A stretch of DNA of 64,000 nucleotides from Methanobacteriota archaeon (GTDB lineage: Archaea; Thermoplasmatota; Thermoplasmata; SG8-5; JAGLSY01), in assembly GCA_020696385.1 (NCBI GenBank), contig JAEHCQ010000001.1, positions 608,001 to 672,000 on the forward strand, in the 5' to 3' direction. Below, piece after piece: positions 1-10,051 of the stretch; the first letter of the stretch is position 1, and each line of letters begins with the position of its first letter. The notes beneath the pieces were generated by a model. It searched no databases and had not been told where the DNA came from. It saw only the letters and a program-made list of their open reading frames with translations. The position numbers were made by a program, and so were the translations under genes.

Positions 1-10
1 AAGTGAATGA

Positions 11-60
11 AGCAAAATGGGGAAGGCGTGTTCAGCCTTCCCTCCTTTTACATTTTATTA
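11..60 (+). terminator. Hairpin plus T-tract terminator of an unseen upstream gene; same motif follows both giant surface-protein genes
   Basis: AGCAAAATG-GGGAAGGC-loop-GCCTTCCC then pyrimidine/T-rich tract; near-identical at 6891 and 53421. Confidence 0.7.
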
Positions 61-97
61 TTATTCTTTTTTGGTTAGCCAATGCATAAAAATACAT

Positions 98-143
98 ATT
101 AACTATAGTTAAAAAATTATCTATTGTTAAGGATATTTATATA
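98..143 (+). promoter_or_regulatory. Palindrome TTAACTATAGTTAA (99-112) and TATA-like TTTATATA (136-143) upstream of surface protein 1
   Basis: Perfect 14-bp palindrome; ATTAACTATAGTT recurs at 45660-45672 upstream of the paralog. Confidence 0.5.
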
Positions 144-218
144 TAACATCGTTAAGATTGCACAGACTAACTACATAATCAGATATCTAATGTACAAATA
201 ATTGAGAGAGGAATAAAA

Positions 219-3200
219 ATGAGAAATAAATTCAGTGCTTTGATAATGAGCATAGTAATGGTGACAGTGATATTTGCAAATACTTCATTAGTGCTTGCAG
301 GTACACCAGCACCACCGAGTGATGTCCCGGACGGTATTCAGTATATCGACGGCGACTGGGTAGTTGCAGGATCCGAAACATACACAGATGAGATCATTGT
401 GTTAACAGGAAATCTGTCTGTGCCAGTAGGCGCATCCCTGACAATTGTGAACACGACGATCCAGATGAACTGTACGATGATCGGAGAGTACATGATCTAT
501 GTTGGGGGTAATATGTACCTTCAAGATGGAGGAGATGGGCTGACACCTTTGGAAGTCGGAGATGCAGATGCATCTGTCATAACTTCAAGCAACCCAGCCT
601 TTGAAACATACATGTATGTCGATGATGGAGCTGTATTGGATGTCCAGAACAGTGAGATCCGCAATGTGGGACGCACAGATATCAACGGATACCTGGTAGG
701 CGGACCAAATGTAGAGAATGTCGTTGCAAACTGGGCTCCCATCACAGATGGAGAGTTGAGCGTGACCATTGATGGCGTTACAGCCGACATATGGGGTCTT
801 AGCTTCACTGGAGTGACCGTAATATCAGATGTGACAACAGTGATCCAGGATGGTATACAGGCTATCGGAACAGGCGGATTCATTGGAGCGACCGTTATTT
901 GGAACACGAACCACTTCGAGGTCGTATCTGGAACCACAATAGACCTGGACACACAGGTCGGGGCCGATTCAACCGTCGATATTGGAATGAACAGCACTGC
1001 AAGTGGTACGGACATATCAGGAGCTGGCTGGCTGGATTGGACAGCAAATGCCAGATCTTACGGAGCAGATAAAGGCATGATAGGCACTTATATCGAATCC
1101 AGCAGTGTGAGCATCACCGACAGTGTGATAGGCGATGGTGGCCATGGTCTGATATTCGACAGCTGCTATCCAGCTGCTTTTACTGGCAATCTCATAGATA
1201 ACAATGACGGAATAGGACTCGGCATCACCAACTGGAGCAATGCAGGATTCAATATCAATTACATTGTTTCAAACTATGAAATAATCAATAATGGCCAACA
1301 CGCGATCTACCTTATGGCGGATATCATCAATGTCGAGGTATTCAATATGAACATCTCGGCAAATGGATGGGGTGTCAATACCTACGGTGGCAGCAGTGTG
1401 ACGATGAACGTGCACGACTGTGACTTCTGGAGACAGGATGGTACCAGTGAGATGGACGCGTCAGTTGTATTCGCAATGGCTGATGAAGAGGGAACTATCG
1501 ACATGACCGTCGAGAGAAACCTCTTATACCACAATGAAGGTGGAATGATCTGGGGCGGTATCGGCTGGCTCGATGATTTCAGAGCAGCCAACCACACAAC
1601 GGTCTTGATAGCAAATAATACGATGATCGCCAATGACGGGCACAATAATTTCAATGCAAAGAACGATGTCAATGCAAAGATCGTTGATAATTACATAACC
1701 GGCCTGGATGGAGACACGAACTTTGATGGATTCAGGATCGGATTTGCTACCAGCTCAACAGGATCGGATAAAGATGAGTTCCCAGAATACACGACGGTCG
1801 AATTCTCAAGGAACATCGCGGATATGGGGGTGTTCGGCGATGGATGGAATGTTGGTGGATGGCTCCGCACAGCGGCCAAGAAGGTCACGAATGCAGTAGT
1901 GATCGACAATGATGTTGTCGGCGGTTATTTCATTGGAGGAGTCTTCAAGATAGGGCATCCATCTTACAGCAATATGGATCCATTGGACGCCAGATTCCCG
2001 AACTGTGAGGAAGTGAATGCTTACTTTGAAGGAAACAGCATCAAGATGTATTGGGACTTCCAGGTCAATAATGGCCCAGATATAGGCGGTTTCTACCAGA
2101 CCATGGCGCTATTTGACCTAAATATGACCATGATCAATAATTACGCTTACTTAGAGTGTGGGAACTCCGGTTCCATTGTGGAGGCTGGTTGGGATGGAGA
2201 TAATGATTACTACACACTCAACACCACTGTGTGGATGATCGGGAACACCATAGAAGTGGACATGAAGTCCACTTCCGAGTCAATTGGGGGCGTGATCCAG
2301 ATATTGGCAGAGCCAGATATTGGAGAGGTAAAAGCGTATCTGTACGACAATGACATAAACATCATGAGTAACGATAATGATGGCGGTGTCATCAAGATTG
2401 GCGGATATGTATCAGACACTCCAGCCGGGAATGTCACTGCCAGATTGGTCGGTAATTCCCTGACCGGATATTACACAGATGGATCTGCCGTATACCTTCA
2501 TATAATGGGTGTGGAGAATACGAGAATAGATATGATCGATAATATATTCTATCTTGAAAATGTCGCAGCCATTGATTTGGATATCCAGTTCTTCAGAATG
2601 GGAGGTCACAGTAGTTGGAGTGATACGGCGGATTATTTATTCGCGAACATAACCGACAATGTGATCATAGTCAATACCCCTGGCGCATGCAATTATGGCG
2701 GAGGACTATGGTGGATAGTGGCTGATGAATATCAGAATGTCAATATTGAGAGGAACTTCATCGAGCTTATAAATGAATATACTGATGATTGCCCATCATT
2801 TGGTGTAGTGTTCTGTTTCGGATATGAGATCAGTGACGATTACTACGTCAAGGACATGGATTTCAGAATGATAGACAATGAATTCAGGATCATATCAGCC
2901 GGTGAAGCAGATTATGGTAATATATTCATCATCTTCGCTGATGAAGAGCTTAATGTGAATATCAGTGGCAATACCTTCGAGTTCGAAACAGCATATTACA
3001 GCTCCCAGGCCTATGTAGGCGGGTTCATGTGGATCGGGTATGAGAAGAATTCAGATGAGATCGCGACCAACACCACACTGAACATGTATGATAATGTGTT
3101 CGATCTTGACCTGGGACATGAAACTGACGTGAATGGATTCATCATGGTAGAGTGTGATGACCAACTCGTGGTCAATATATGTGGAAATGAAATAAACTCC

Positions 3201-6200
3201 ATATATCACAAAAGCGTTAGTGGAGGAGGATTCTTCGAGATAGGATATTACTACAGAAATGCACAGTCGATCAACACGACCGCGAAGATCATGAATAACA
3301 ATATCCACGCTCAATTCCATGATGGTTCATCTGTAGGGACATTGTTCAAGATACTCGCCATAGAGAATGTGTTCATAGACATGATAGGGAATGACATAAC
3401 TGTCGATCTCATAGGAGGATATGTCAGCGGCATAGATCTAGGCGGTGTCATCAGGATAGGCAGGACAGGAAGCAGTGATGATGAGACAGCGGAGGTTGTC
3501 AAAGGATCATTCAGCGGTAATAACATAGTTGTGAACACGAATGAGAACAATAATGGTGGACAGATATTGAGATTGTCCGCGACCGACCTGGTTGACCTGG
3601 TAATGAACGACAATGTGATACAGGCATTCATTATGACCGAGGATGAGGATGATATAGAGGACCTTGGAGTGAGGATCGGATATGAGTGTGAGAGCAATGG
3701 CATCATCACCGATGACGTCATACTCCACATGAGCAACAACATCATCGGCCCAGGTGCAGTAGGATCTGCTCTGGCTGTGGGTGCCAATAACAACCTGACC
3801 TTTGATTTCATCGGAGGAACACTTCAGGGTGCGTTCTATTGTGATTCCTACAATACAGAGCCCGCATACGGCAATGGTGTATCATTACAGGCAGGTAATA
3901 CACTCAATGCATTGATCCAGGATGCCACGATCATTGATAATCGTGGAGCTGGAATATATGCAAGTGGTTACAATGATTCATATGTCGATATAATCAACTG
4001 TGACATCATAGGCAACTACTACAACGGTATCTACCTGAACTCTGATGTTGGCATCATGACCAGCAACATAATGGAATGTAACATAATCGACAATGCGAAT
4101 GACTACAACGGAGATGTTGGCTCCTCAAATGGAATTGAAGCATTCGATTCCATCATCTACATGGAGAACTGTACATTCGACAATCCAGATGCAGATTATG
4201 AACTGGATCTTGATGGCGACACAGATGTTACAGCACTGAACACGTACTTTGACAAGAGCAGTGTGTACCTCAATGATATGTCCGCATTCTTAACTGGCGG
4301 TACAGATATCGAGGTGGATGTTGCAGATTGGGCCTCTATTTCGGATGGTACGTTCAATATCACTATTGACGGTGTTTCCGCAGATATCGGACCAATTAAC
4401 TTTGGAGGAGATACAACAATGGGCATGGTACGTGATGATATTCAAATTGCCATAACCGGTGCCTTCCCTGGCACAAGTGTCGTATGGACTGGATCAGAGT
4501 TTATGATATACACATCCTCAAATGGACTTGAATCATCTATATCTGTCCTATCCGCCCACAGCGGTGGTCTTGGTACTGACATATCTGGTCTTTCAGCCTC
4601 TTCATTCGATGCAACTTTGACCGGAGGAATGGGTGCTATCTCCAATATACTAGCCTGGAATATGACGACAAATGGAAGCTTTACCATAACAATAGATGGG
4701 AACACGGCTAATGTTGGACCTATAAACTTCACAACAGCCACTAATATGACTGGTGTCGCAAACCTTATAGAGACTGCAATGCAAGTTCCAGCTGGCTTCG
4801 CGGGATCAACATGTACATGGAACGGAACCAGTTTCATCTTCACATCTGGAACACAAACCCCAACAACGAACATATCCAATGTATCTGCGGGTACTACTGG
4901 AGTGGACATATCTGGATTGATGGACAGTGGAGATAATGGTGTTGTGACCCTATCACCAGTAGGTTGGTGGATGGATAGTGCTGGCAATGGTATTACTACC
5001 GCAGGCACAAGCTCGACATTACTTCTACAGTGGTACATGAACGTCAAAGCAGAACATCTGTCATCCGGATTGGGAATACCTGGAGCAACAGTGGATGTTT
5101 GGGATGTCTTCGGAACACCGATCACAAGCGGAACAACAGCCATGGACGGATACCTCAGATGGATAGTTGTCAACGAATACTACCAGACATCGACAACCCA
5201 GACAAACTACACAGCACACGATGTTACAGTGACATTGGCTCCTGAAACTGGCAATGCTAACCCGATAATGGACACAACACAAGATGTGATCATCATATTG
5301 GATTATGTGTCTGACCCACCAATTGCAGCTGCAGGTTCAGATCAGACAGTGGATGATGGCGCAACCGTCACCCTGGATGGTTCTGGCTCAACAGACGACT
5401 TCTACATAACAGCATGGGACTGGAGCAATGCCACAATGGCACTTGCATTGAGCGGTGAGACAGTGGACCACGTGTTCGCAGCACCGGGTGTTTATGAAAT
5501 AACCCTGACAACAACCGATGCAGAGGGTTACACAGACACAGACACGGTTGTCATAACTGTACTGGACATCACACCTCCAACAGCCAATGCAGGACCTGAC
5601 CAGATCGTGGATGAAGACACTGTTGTGATATTCAATGAAACAGGCTCGGATAATGTCGGTGTCGTGAACTACACATGGACCTTCAATGATGGTACGAACC
5701 AGACACTGTATGGGGAATCAGCAAACTACACCTTCGCTGAACCTGGAACATACAATGTCACATTGACCGTGGCTGATGAAGCGGGACTGACAGACACTGA
5801 TGTGTTCGTCGTAACTGTGCTGGATATAACACCACCTGAAGCAATAGACGGTGATGGACAGACAGTGGCTGACGGAACCACAGTCGTACTGGACGGCTCT
5901 GCAAGCACGGACAATGTCGGTGTTGTGGCATACGAGTGGACCTTCAATGATGGGGCGAACGATGTGGTACAGACAGGAGCTATCATGAATCATACATTCA
6001 TGACACTCGGTAACTACACCGTGATACTCCAAGTATGGGACGCGGCCGGCTTAAATGACACATTGGTCACATGGGTGAACGTGGTCGATATGACTGCACC
6101 TGATGTGCTGGTCATAGCACCTGGCAACGGACTCGAGGATGTACCGGTGGAATGGGATCTAATAATCGTATTCACCGAGACAATGGACACGGCATCTGTA

Positions 6201-6878
6201 GAAGCGGCTTTCAGTGTAGTTGGCACAAATGTCACAGGCTTTGCCTGGGATATTTCCAATAGCTATGTGACCATAACATTCGATGAGCTCGACTATGATA
6301 CCATATACGAGTTCACGGTGGGCGCGGATGCAGAGGATATTGCAGGAAACACAATGGGAACAGCACACACAGACAGTTTCCTGACAGCTTTGAGCACAAC
6401 CCCAGTACCAGTACCAACAGAAGATGACACAGACGGTGATGGTGTGGACGATGTGGATGATGCATTCCCAGATGATCCAGCAGCTTCTGTGGACACAGAT
6501 GGTGACGGTGAGCCAGATTCATGGAACCCAGGCTACACGGCAGCAGATTCCACGACCAACCTGACAGAGGATATGGACGACGATAATGACGGAATCCTGG
6601 ATGTGGACGATGACCCAATAGTGGATGATGACACAGCGGATGATGACACAGCGGATGATGACACAGGTGGTAATGATTTCATGTGGATCATTATCATAAT
6701 CATATTGGTTGTCATAATCGTTCTACAAGCAGTGATGAAGGGAAAGAAACCTGAGGATGATGTCCCCGAACCAACAGAAAACATTGCTGAACCAGAAACA
6801 CCAGTGGAAGAGCCGACTGTTGAAGAAGCGCCAGAAGAATCTGGTGATGTCTCATCCGATGACCTTATGTCTGAGTGA
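219..6878 (+). CDS. Giant cell-surface glycoprotein/adhesin: signal peptide, parallel beta-helix, 3 DUF3383-like modules, 3 PKD, SbsA-type Ig, TSP3-like acidic repeats, C-terminal TM helix and acidic tail
   Basis: Hydrophobic N-terminus; N/I/D-rich beta-helix pattern; PKD motifs (AGSDQTV, YTWTF, PGTYNVTLTV); DTDGDGVDDVDDAFPDDP; TM WIIIIIILVVIIVL; many N-x-S/T sequons. Confidence 0.85.
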   Translation: MRNKFSALIMSIVMVTVIFANTSLVLAGTPAPPSDVPDGIQYIDGDWVVAGSETYTDEIIVLTGNLSVPVGASLTIVNTTIQMNCTMIGEYMIYVGGNMYLQDGGDGLTPLEVGDADASVITSSNPAFETYMYVDDGAVLDVQNSEIRNVGRTDINGYLVGGPNVENVVANWAPITDGELSVTIDGVTADIWGLSFTGVTVISDVTTVIQDGIQAIGTGGFIGATVIWNTNHFEVVSGTTIDLDTQVGADSTVDIGMNSTASGTDISGAGWLDWTANARSYGADKGMIGTYIESSSVSITDSVIGDGGHGLIFDSCYPAAFTGNLIDNNDGIGLGITNWSNAGFNINYIVSNYEIINNGQHAIYLMADIINVEVFNMNISANGWGVNTYGGSSVTMNVHDCDFWRQDGTSEMDASVVFAMADEEGTIDMTVERNLLYHNEGGMIWGGIGWLDDFRAANHTTVLIANNTMIANDGHNNFNAKNDVNAKIVDNYITGLDGDTNFDGFRIGFATSSTGSDKDEFPEYTTVEFSRNIADMGVFGDGWNVGGWLRTAAKKVTNAVVIDNDVVGGYFIGGVFKIGHPSYSNMDPLDARFPNCEEVNAYFEGNSIKMYWDFQVNNGPDIGGFYQTMALFDLNMTMINNYAYLECGNSGSIVEAGWDGDNDYYTLNTTVWMIGNTIEVDMKSTSESIGGVIQILAEPDIGEVKAYLYDNDINIMSNDNDGGVIKIGGYVSDTPAGNVTARLVGNSLTGYYTDGSAVYLHIMGVENTRIDMIDNIFYLENVAAIDLDIQFFRMGGHSSWSDTADYLFANITDNVIIVNTPGACNYGGGLWWIVADEYQNVNIERNFIELINEYTDDCPSFGVVFCFGYEISDDYYVKDMDFRMIDNEFRIISAGEADYGNIFIIFADEELNVNISGNTFEFETAYYSSQAYVGGFMWIGYEKNSDEIATNTTLNMYDNVFDLDLGHETDVNGFIMVECDDQLVVNICGNEINSIYHKSVSGGGFFEIGYYYRNAQSINTTAKIMNNNIHAQFHDGSSVGTLFKILAIENVFIDMIGNDITVDLIGGYVSGIDLGGVIRIGRTGSSDDETAEVVKGSFSGNNIVVNTNENNNGGQILRLSATDLVDLVMNDNVIQAFIMTEDEDDIEDLGVRIGYECESNGIITDDVILHMSNNIIGPGAVGSALAVGANNNLTFDFIGGTLQGAFYCDSYNTEPAYGNGVSLQAGNTLNALIQDATIIDNRGAGIYASGYNDSYVDIINCDIIGNYYNGIYLNSDVGIMTSNIMECNIIDNANDYNGDVGSSNGIEAFDSIIYMENCTFDNPDADYELDLDGDTDVTALNTYFDKSSVYLNDMSAFLTGGTDIEVDVADWASISDGTFNITIDGVSADIGPINFGGDTTMGMVRDDIQIAITGAFPGTSVVWTGSEFMIYTSSNGLESSISVLSAHSGGLGTDISGLSASSFDATLTGGMGAISNILAWNMTTNGSFTITIDGNTANVGPINFTTATNMTGVANLIETAMQVPAGFAGSTCTWNGTSFIFTSGTQTPTTNISNVSAGTTGVDISGLMDSGDNGVVTLSPVGWWMDSAGNGITTAGTSSTLLLQWYMNVKAEHLSSGLGIPGATVDVWDVFGTPITSGTTAMDGYLRWIVVNEYYQTSTTQTNYTAHDVTVTLAPETGNANPIMDTTQDVIIILDYVSDPPIAAAGSDQTVDDGATVTLDGSGSTDDFYITAWDWSNATMALALSGETVDHVFAAPGVYEITLTTTDAEGYTDTDTVVITVLDITPPTANAGPDQIVDEDTVVIFNETGSDNVGVVNYTWTFNDGTNQTLYGESANYTFAEPGTYNVTLTVADEAGLTDTDVFVVTVLDITPPEAIDGDGQTVADGTTVVLDGSASTDNVGVVAYEWTFNDGANDVVQTGAIMNHTFMTLGNYTVILQVWDAAGLNDTLVTWVNVVDMTAPDVLVIAPGNGLEDVPVEWDLIIVFTETMDTASVEAAFSVVGTNVTGFAWDISNSYVTITFDELDYDTIYEFTVGADAEDIAGNTMGTAHTDSFLTALSTTPVPVPTEDDTDGDGVDDVDDAFPDDPAASVDTDGDGEPDSWNPGYTAADSTTNLTEDMDDDNDGILDVDDDPIVDDDTADDDTADDDTGGNDFMWIIIIIILVVIIVLQAVMKGKKPEDDVPEPTENIAEPETPVEEPTVEEAPEESGDVSSDDLMSE
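6621..6666 (+). repeat. 15-bp tandem repeat x3 (GYGGATGATGACACA) encoding the acidic linker (V/A)DDDT
   Basis: Directly visible tandem repeat. Confidence 0.8.
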
Positions 6879-6890
6879 AGGAAACAATAA

Positions 6891-6950
6891 AGCAAAATGG
6901 GGAAGGCGAACCAGCCTTCCCCCCTTTTATCTTTTATTTTATTTTCTTTC
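6891..6950 (+). terminator. Hairpin plus T-tract terminator of surface protein 1
   Basis: GGGGAAGGC/GCCTTCCCC stem followed by T-rich tract. Confidence 0.75.
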
Positions 6951-7653
6951 TCAATCTTTGGATCGTACGACTTGACCGACTGATCGTCCCGGCCAGTGTA
7001 TGAAATTCCCACTTGGTAAGATCTGCCCGAGATATTATTCTGCGGAACATCACTTTTGTCTTCGGCATCTTGTGCTTTGGATAATTGGTCTCCTCCAACA
7101 TCTCATCGAATAGAGTATGTAGGGTCTCTTTGTCTGAGGAACGGGCCATTTGCTTGGAAGATGTCGCTTCTCCCATGGTTGCAGCCTCATACATGATCAC
7201 CGTAGCAGCTTGAGAAATATTCATAATTGGGTATTCTGGAGAAGTGGGTATATTGACCAATAGGTCACACTTGGATATCTCATCATTGTACAGTCCCTGA
7301 TCCTCCCTTCCGAAGACCAGACCTATCATACCATCTTTGTCATGGACATGTTCTGCAAATTCCTTCGGTGTCATTGGCTGTCTGTTGAATTTTCTACCAT
7401 TCTCCGTAGAGATACCCGATGTGCCCACAACTAGGTCCACCATGCCCATGGCGGTGGGAAAATCATCCACGATCTTGGCATTTTCAATTATAGGTCTGGC
7501 ATGCTTGGCAAAACGGAAAGCGTCATCTCCCAGTTCACAAGGATCTACCAATATGATATCTTTAATTCCGAAATTGGCCATCGAGCGGGCTATGGAGCCA
7601 ATATTGCCTGCGAACTTGGGCTGTACCAGTATTATGGTGAATTCGGGCATCAT
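6934..7653 (-). CDS. trmJ: tRNA (C32/U32-2'-O)-methyltransferase TrmJ/LasT family (SPOUT)
   Basis: ILVQPKFAGNIGSIARSMANFG, LVFGREDQGL, YPIMNISQA; start trimmed to MMPEF. Confidence 0.9.
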   Translation of the reverse strand: MMPEFTIILVQPKFAGNIGSIARSMANFGIKDIILVDPCELGDDAFRFAKHARPIIENAKIVDDFPTAMGMVDLVVGTSGISTENGRKFNRQPMTPKEFAEHVHDKDGMIGLVFGREDQGLYNDEISKCDLLVNIPTSPEYPIMNISQAATVIMYEAATMGEATSSKQMARSSDKETLHTLFDEMLEETNYPKHKMPKTKVMFRRIISRADLTKWEFHTLAGTISRSSRTIQRLRKKIK

Positions 7654-7702
7654 CCGTGAGAAGACAATCTGATTTATAAAAGCAACCGCATTTAACCCTC
7701 GC

Positions 7703-8497
7703 ATGAGATACGCATTGAAGTTCGCATATAATGGGACCGCTTTTGATGGTTATGCCAGACAGCCAGACTATACCACCATCGAGGGAGCCATCATACACAC
7801 GATGAAAAAGGAAGGCATCATGAAGGATGTTGAAGGGAACTTCTACCCGGCCAGCAGGACGGATAAAGGCGTTAGTGCTCTCGGGAATGTATTGGTGATA
7901 GAGACAGATGTGGATGAGCGAGGGATCATCCCTATGCTGAATTCCGACCTGAAAGATATCGTGTTCTATGGTATCGCCAAGGTTGATAAGGATTTCAAAC
8001 CCCGATATGCATATCAGAGATGGTACAGGTACTTCATGCTGAACAAAGGTGGATATGATGCTGATATGCTTACACGCATATCAGACGCTTTCCTGGGAGA
8101 GCATGAGTTCAAATATTTTTCAAAGACGGACAAAAAGATGGACAAGACAAAACTGACGATCGATTCAATATCCATATTTGAAGAGAATGGATTCATAATA
8201 TTCGACTTCAAGGCCAGGCGTTTCCTGTGGCAGATGATCCGGCGATTAGTGTCCGCCATGATCGGAGTGTATGATGGTAAGATCGAGCTTGAAAAGCTCA
8301 TTAGTTCGCTTAAAGGAACTAATGAGGAACTGGCCATCTACCCAGTTCCACCAGAAGGGTTAATCCTGATGGACATAGACCATAGGCTGGAATATGAGCA
8401 TGTCAAATATCCAAGAGACATGTTCGATCGGCAGATCGAGCGAGCCCTGACAAAGGCTGTTGTTTTGGGTGAGTTGAATGATGGAGCCGAGGACTGA
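7703..8497 (+). CDS. truA: tRNA pseudouridine(38-40) synthase
   Basis: AYNGTAFDGYARQP, SRTDKGVSALGN, FLWQMIRRLV, PPEGLIL. Confidence 0.92.
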   Translation: MRYALKFAYNGTAFDGYARQPDYTTIEGAIIHTMKKEGIMKDVEGNFYPASRTDKGVSALGNVLVIETDVDERGIIPMLNSDLKDIVFYGIAKVDKDFKPRYAYQRWYRYFMLNKGGYDADMLTRISDAFLGEHEFKYFSKTDKKMDKTKLTIDSISIFEENGFIIFDFKARRFLWQMIRRLVSAMIGVYDGKIELEKLISSLKGTNEELAIYPVPPEGLILMDIDHRLEYEHVKYPRDMFDRQIERALTKAVVLGELNDGAED

Positions 8498-8502
8498 TAT
8501 TC

Positions 8503-9279
8503 ATGGTCGAGATTGCTGAAGAGATAGGATGTCCAGATTGTGGCGCACCGCTCAAGATCAAAGCAGGTGAGGCGATAATCACCTGCGAATATTGTGGCTC
8601 GGATGTGAATCTGGCAGTTGGGAAGAAATATTTCCTCAAGCATTCTATAATCTCAGCGAAATTCGATAATTCCGCAATAGTCAAGGAGGTGGGGTCGTGG
8701 ATGAAGAAAGGGTTCCTGAAACCATCGGATCTTGCCCGCAAGTCGAAGATACTGAATGCGGACTTGAAGTTCCTTCCCTTCTTCATAATAAATCTTTCAG
8801 CAAAGACCTCCTACGAAGGTGTGTTGACAAGAACTGGCCAGAATATTGACAAAAAAGGTGATTTCGCAAAAACATATTATTGGAAGATCGTGGGAAGAAG
8901 AGGAACCTTCTTCCCCACTAGATCCTATCAAATACCAGCTTCTGGCAAATCGGATTTTAATCTTTCACTGCTCAGCAAGGATGGTAAATTCCTAAACTCG
9001 GAACTTGATGAAAAAGAAGCTGGAGAAATAGCGATCCAGGAGGTGAAGGAACATCACAAGTTCCTTCTATCATCGGAGGTGGATCACATAACCAGCATGA
9101 ATACTCAAATTGATATCAAGAACACGGAATTCCTTCATGCGCCAATATGGTTCATTAACTACGAATACGGTGGCAAGACCTACGAGCTCATACTGGATGG
9201 AGCCACCGGGGAAGAGATCAAGGCAGAGATACCCGCGATCGAGAAAAAGGGTATCTTTGGTAAATTATTCGGCGCATGA
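8503..9279 (+). CDS. Zn-ribbon-containing hypothetical protein
   Basis: N-terminal CPDCG...CEYCG; C-terminal HAPIWFINYEYGGKTYELILDGATG. Confidence 0.7.
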   Translation: MVEIAEEIGCPDCGAPLKIKAGEAIITCEYCGSDVNLAVGKKYFLKHSIISAKFDNSAIVKEVGSWMKKGFLKPSDLARKSKILNADLKFLPFFIINLSAKTSYEGVLTRTGQNIDKKGDFAKTYYWKIVGRRGTFFPTRSYQIPASGKSDFNLSLLSKDGKFLNSELDEKEAGEIAIQEVKEHHKFLLSSEVDHITSMNTQIDIKNTEFLHAPIWFINYEYGGKTYELILDGATGEEIKAEIPAIEKKGIFGKLFGA

Positions 9280-9338
9280 TGAATGTGAAAACAATTATAA
9301 TATAGTGAAGCGTATTGGCATAAGGAACGGGTTAACAT

Positions 9339-9530
9339 ATGGCAGAGAGACTATTACAACACAAACATTGCAGGAACTGTGGCAAGGCCATACCGGCTGA
9401 TGATACTTTTTGTAGTGACACATGCAATGTCGAGCACAGGGAGATGATGAGGAAGAAGAAGAATCAACTCCTTATCATGATGTTCATAGCTATGGCTATT
9501 ATGGTCTTCACCATGTTCTCGGGTGTATGA
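9339..9530 (+). CDS. Small Zn-ribbon membrane protein (DUF2116-like)
   Basis: HKHCRNCGKAIP...FCSDTC followed by basic stretch and C-terminal TM. Confidence 0.8.
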   Translation: MAERLLQHKHCRNCGKAIPADDTFCSDTCNVEHREMMRKKKNQLLIMMFIAMAIMVFTMFSGV

Positions 9531-9539
9531 GGGCTCCAA

Positions 9540-9992
9540 ATGAAAAAAGTGGCAGTGGCAGGGACCTTCAATGTCTTCCACAAGGGCCATCGAAAATTAC
9601 TGGCAAAGGCCTTTGAGATTGGAGATTATATTCACATAGGTCTAACCTCGGACGAGATGGCTGGTAGATACAGAGATGTGGCAGTCGAGCCTTTTGAGAT
9701 CAGGGAAAATAGACTGATGGAAGAAGCAATGAAGCTCTCTGGAGATAAGAGCTTCACAATTACAGAGATCAATGATCCCTTTGGGCCAGCAGCCACTTAC
9801 AATTACGATGCCATTGTTGTGTCAAAGAATACCAGGGAAATGGCTGATGCCATGAACTGGGCGAGGGAGCAGAACGGCCTGGAACCCCTGGACATAGTGG
9901 AGATCGATATCGTACTGGCGGATGATGGAAAGGCCATCGCTTCGACCAGGGTGATCACCGGAGAGATAGATCTCGATGGTGAAGTTAGATAG
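9540..9992 (+). CDS. coaD: Archaeal phosphopantetheine adenylyltransferase
   Basis: AGTFNVFHKGH (HxGH), GLTSD, DPFGP, IASTRV. Confidence 0.85.
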   Translation: MKKVAVAGTFNVFHKGHRKLLAKAFEIGDYIHIGLTSDEMAGRYRDVAVEPFEIRENRLMEEAMKLSGDKSFTITEINDPFGPAATYNYDAIVVSKNTREMADAMNWAREQNGLEPLDIVEIDIVLADDGKAIASTRVITGEIDLDGEVR

Positions 9993-10051
9993 AAATTACC
10001 CATTCTCAAAAAAATCATTAGTATTTATCGCCTGATTCCTAGAAAGATATA

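Noticed and set aside
687-1045. Prophage or contractile injection system suggested by the sheath-like modules
   Set aside because: The modules lie inside signal-peptide, TM-anchored proteins; no tube, baseplate, capsid or terminase genes in the window
521-6618. Many antisense or alternative-frame ORFs of 60-300 aa over the large genes, here and throughout the window
   Set aside because: Shadow ORFs from codon bias; no recognisable motifs; fully overlap well-supported genes
6420-6666. Asp-rich short repeats (also 53072-53103) as a possible CRISPR or VNTR switch
   Set aside because: In-frame coding linker and TSP3-like repeats with no spacers; no cas genes in the window
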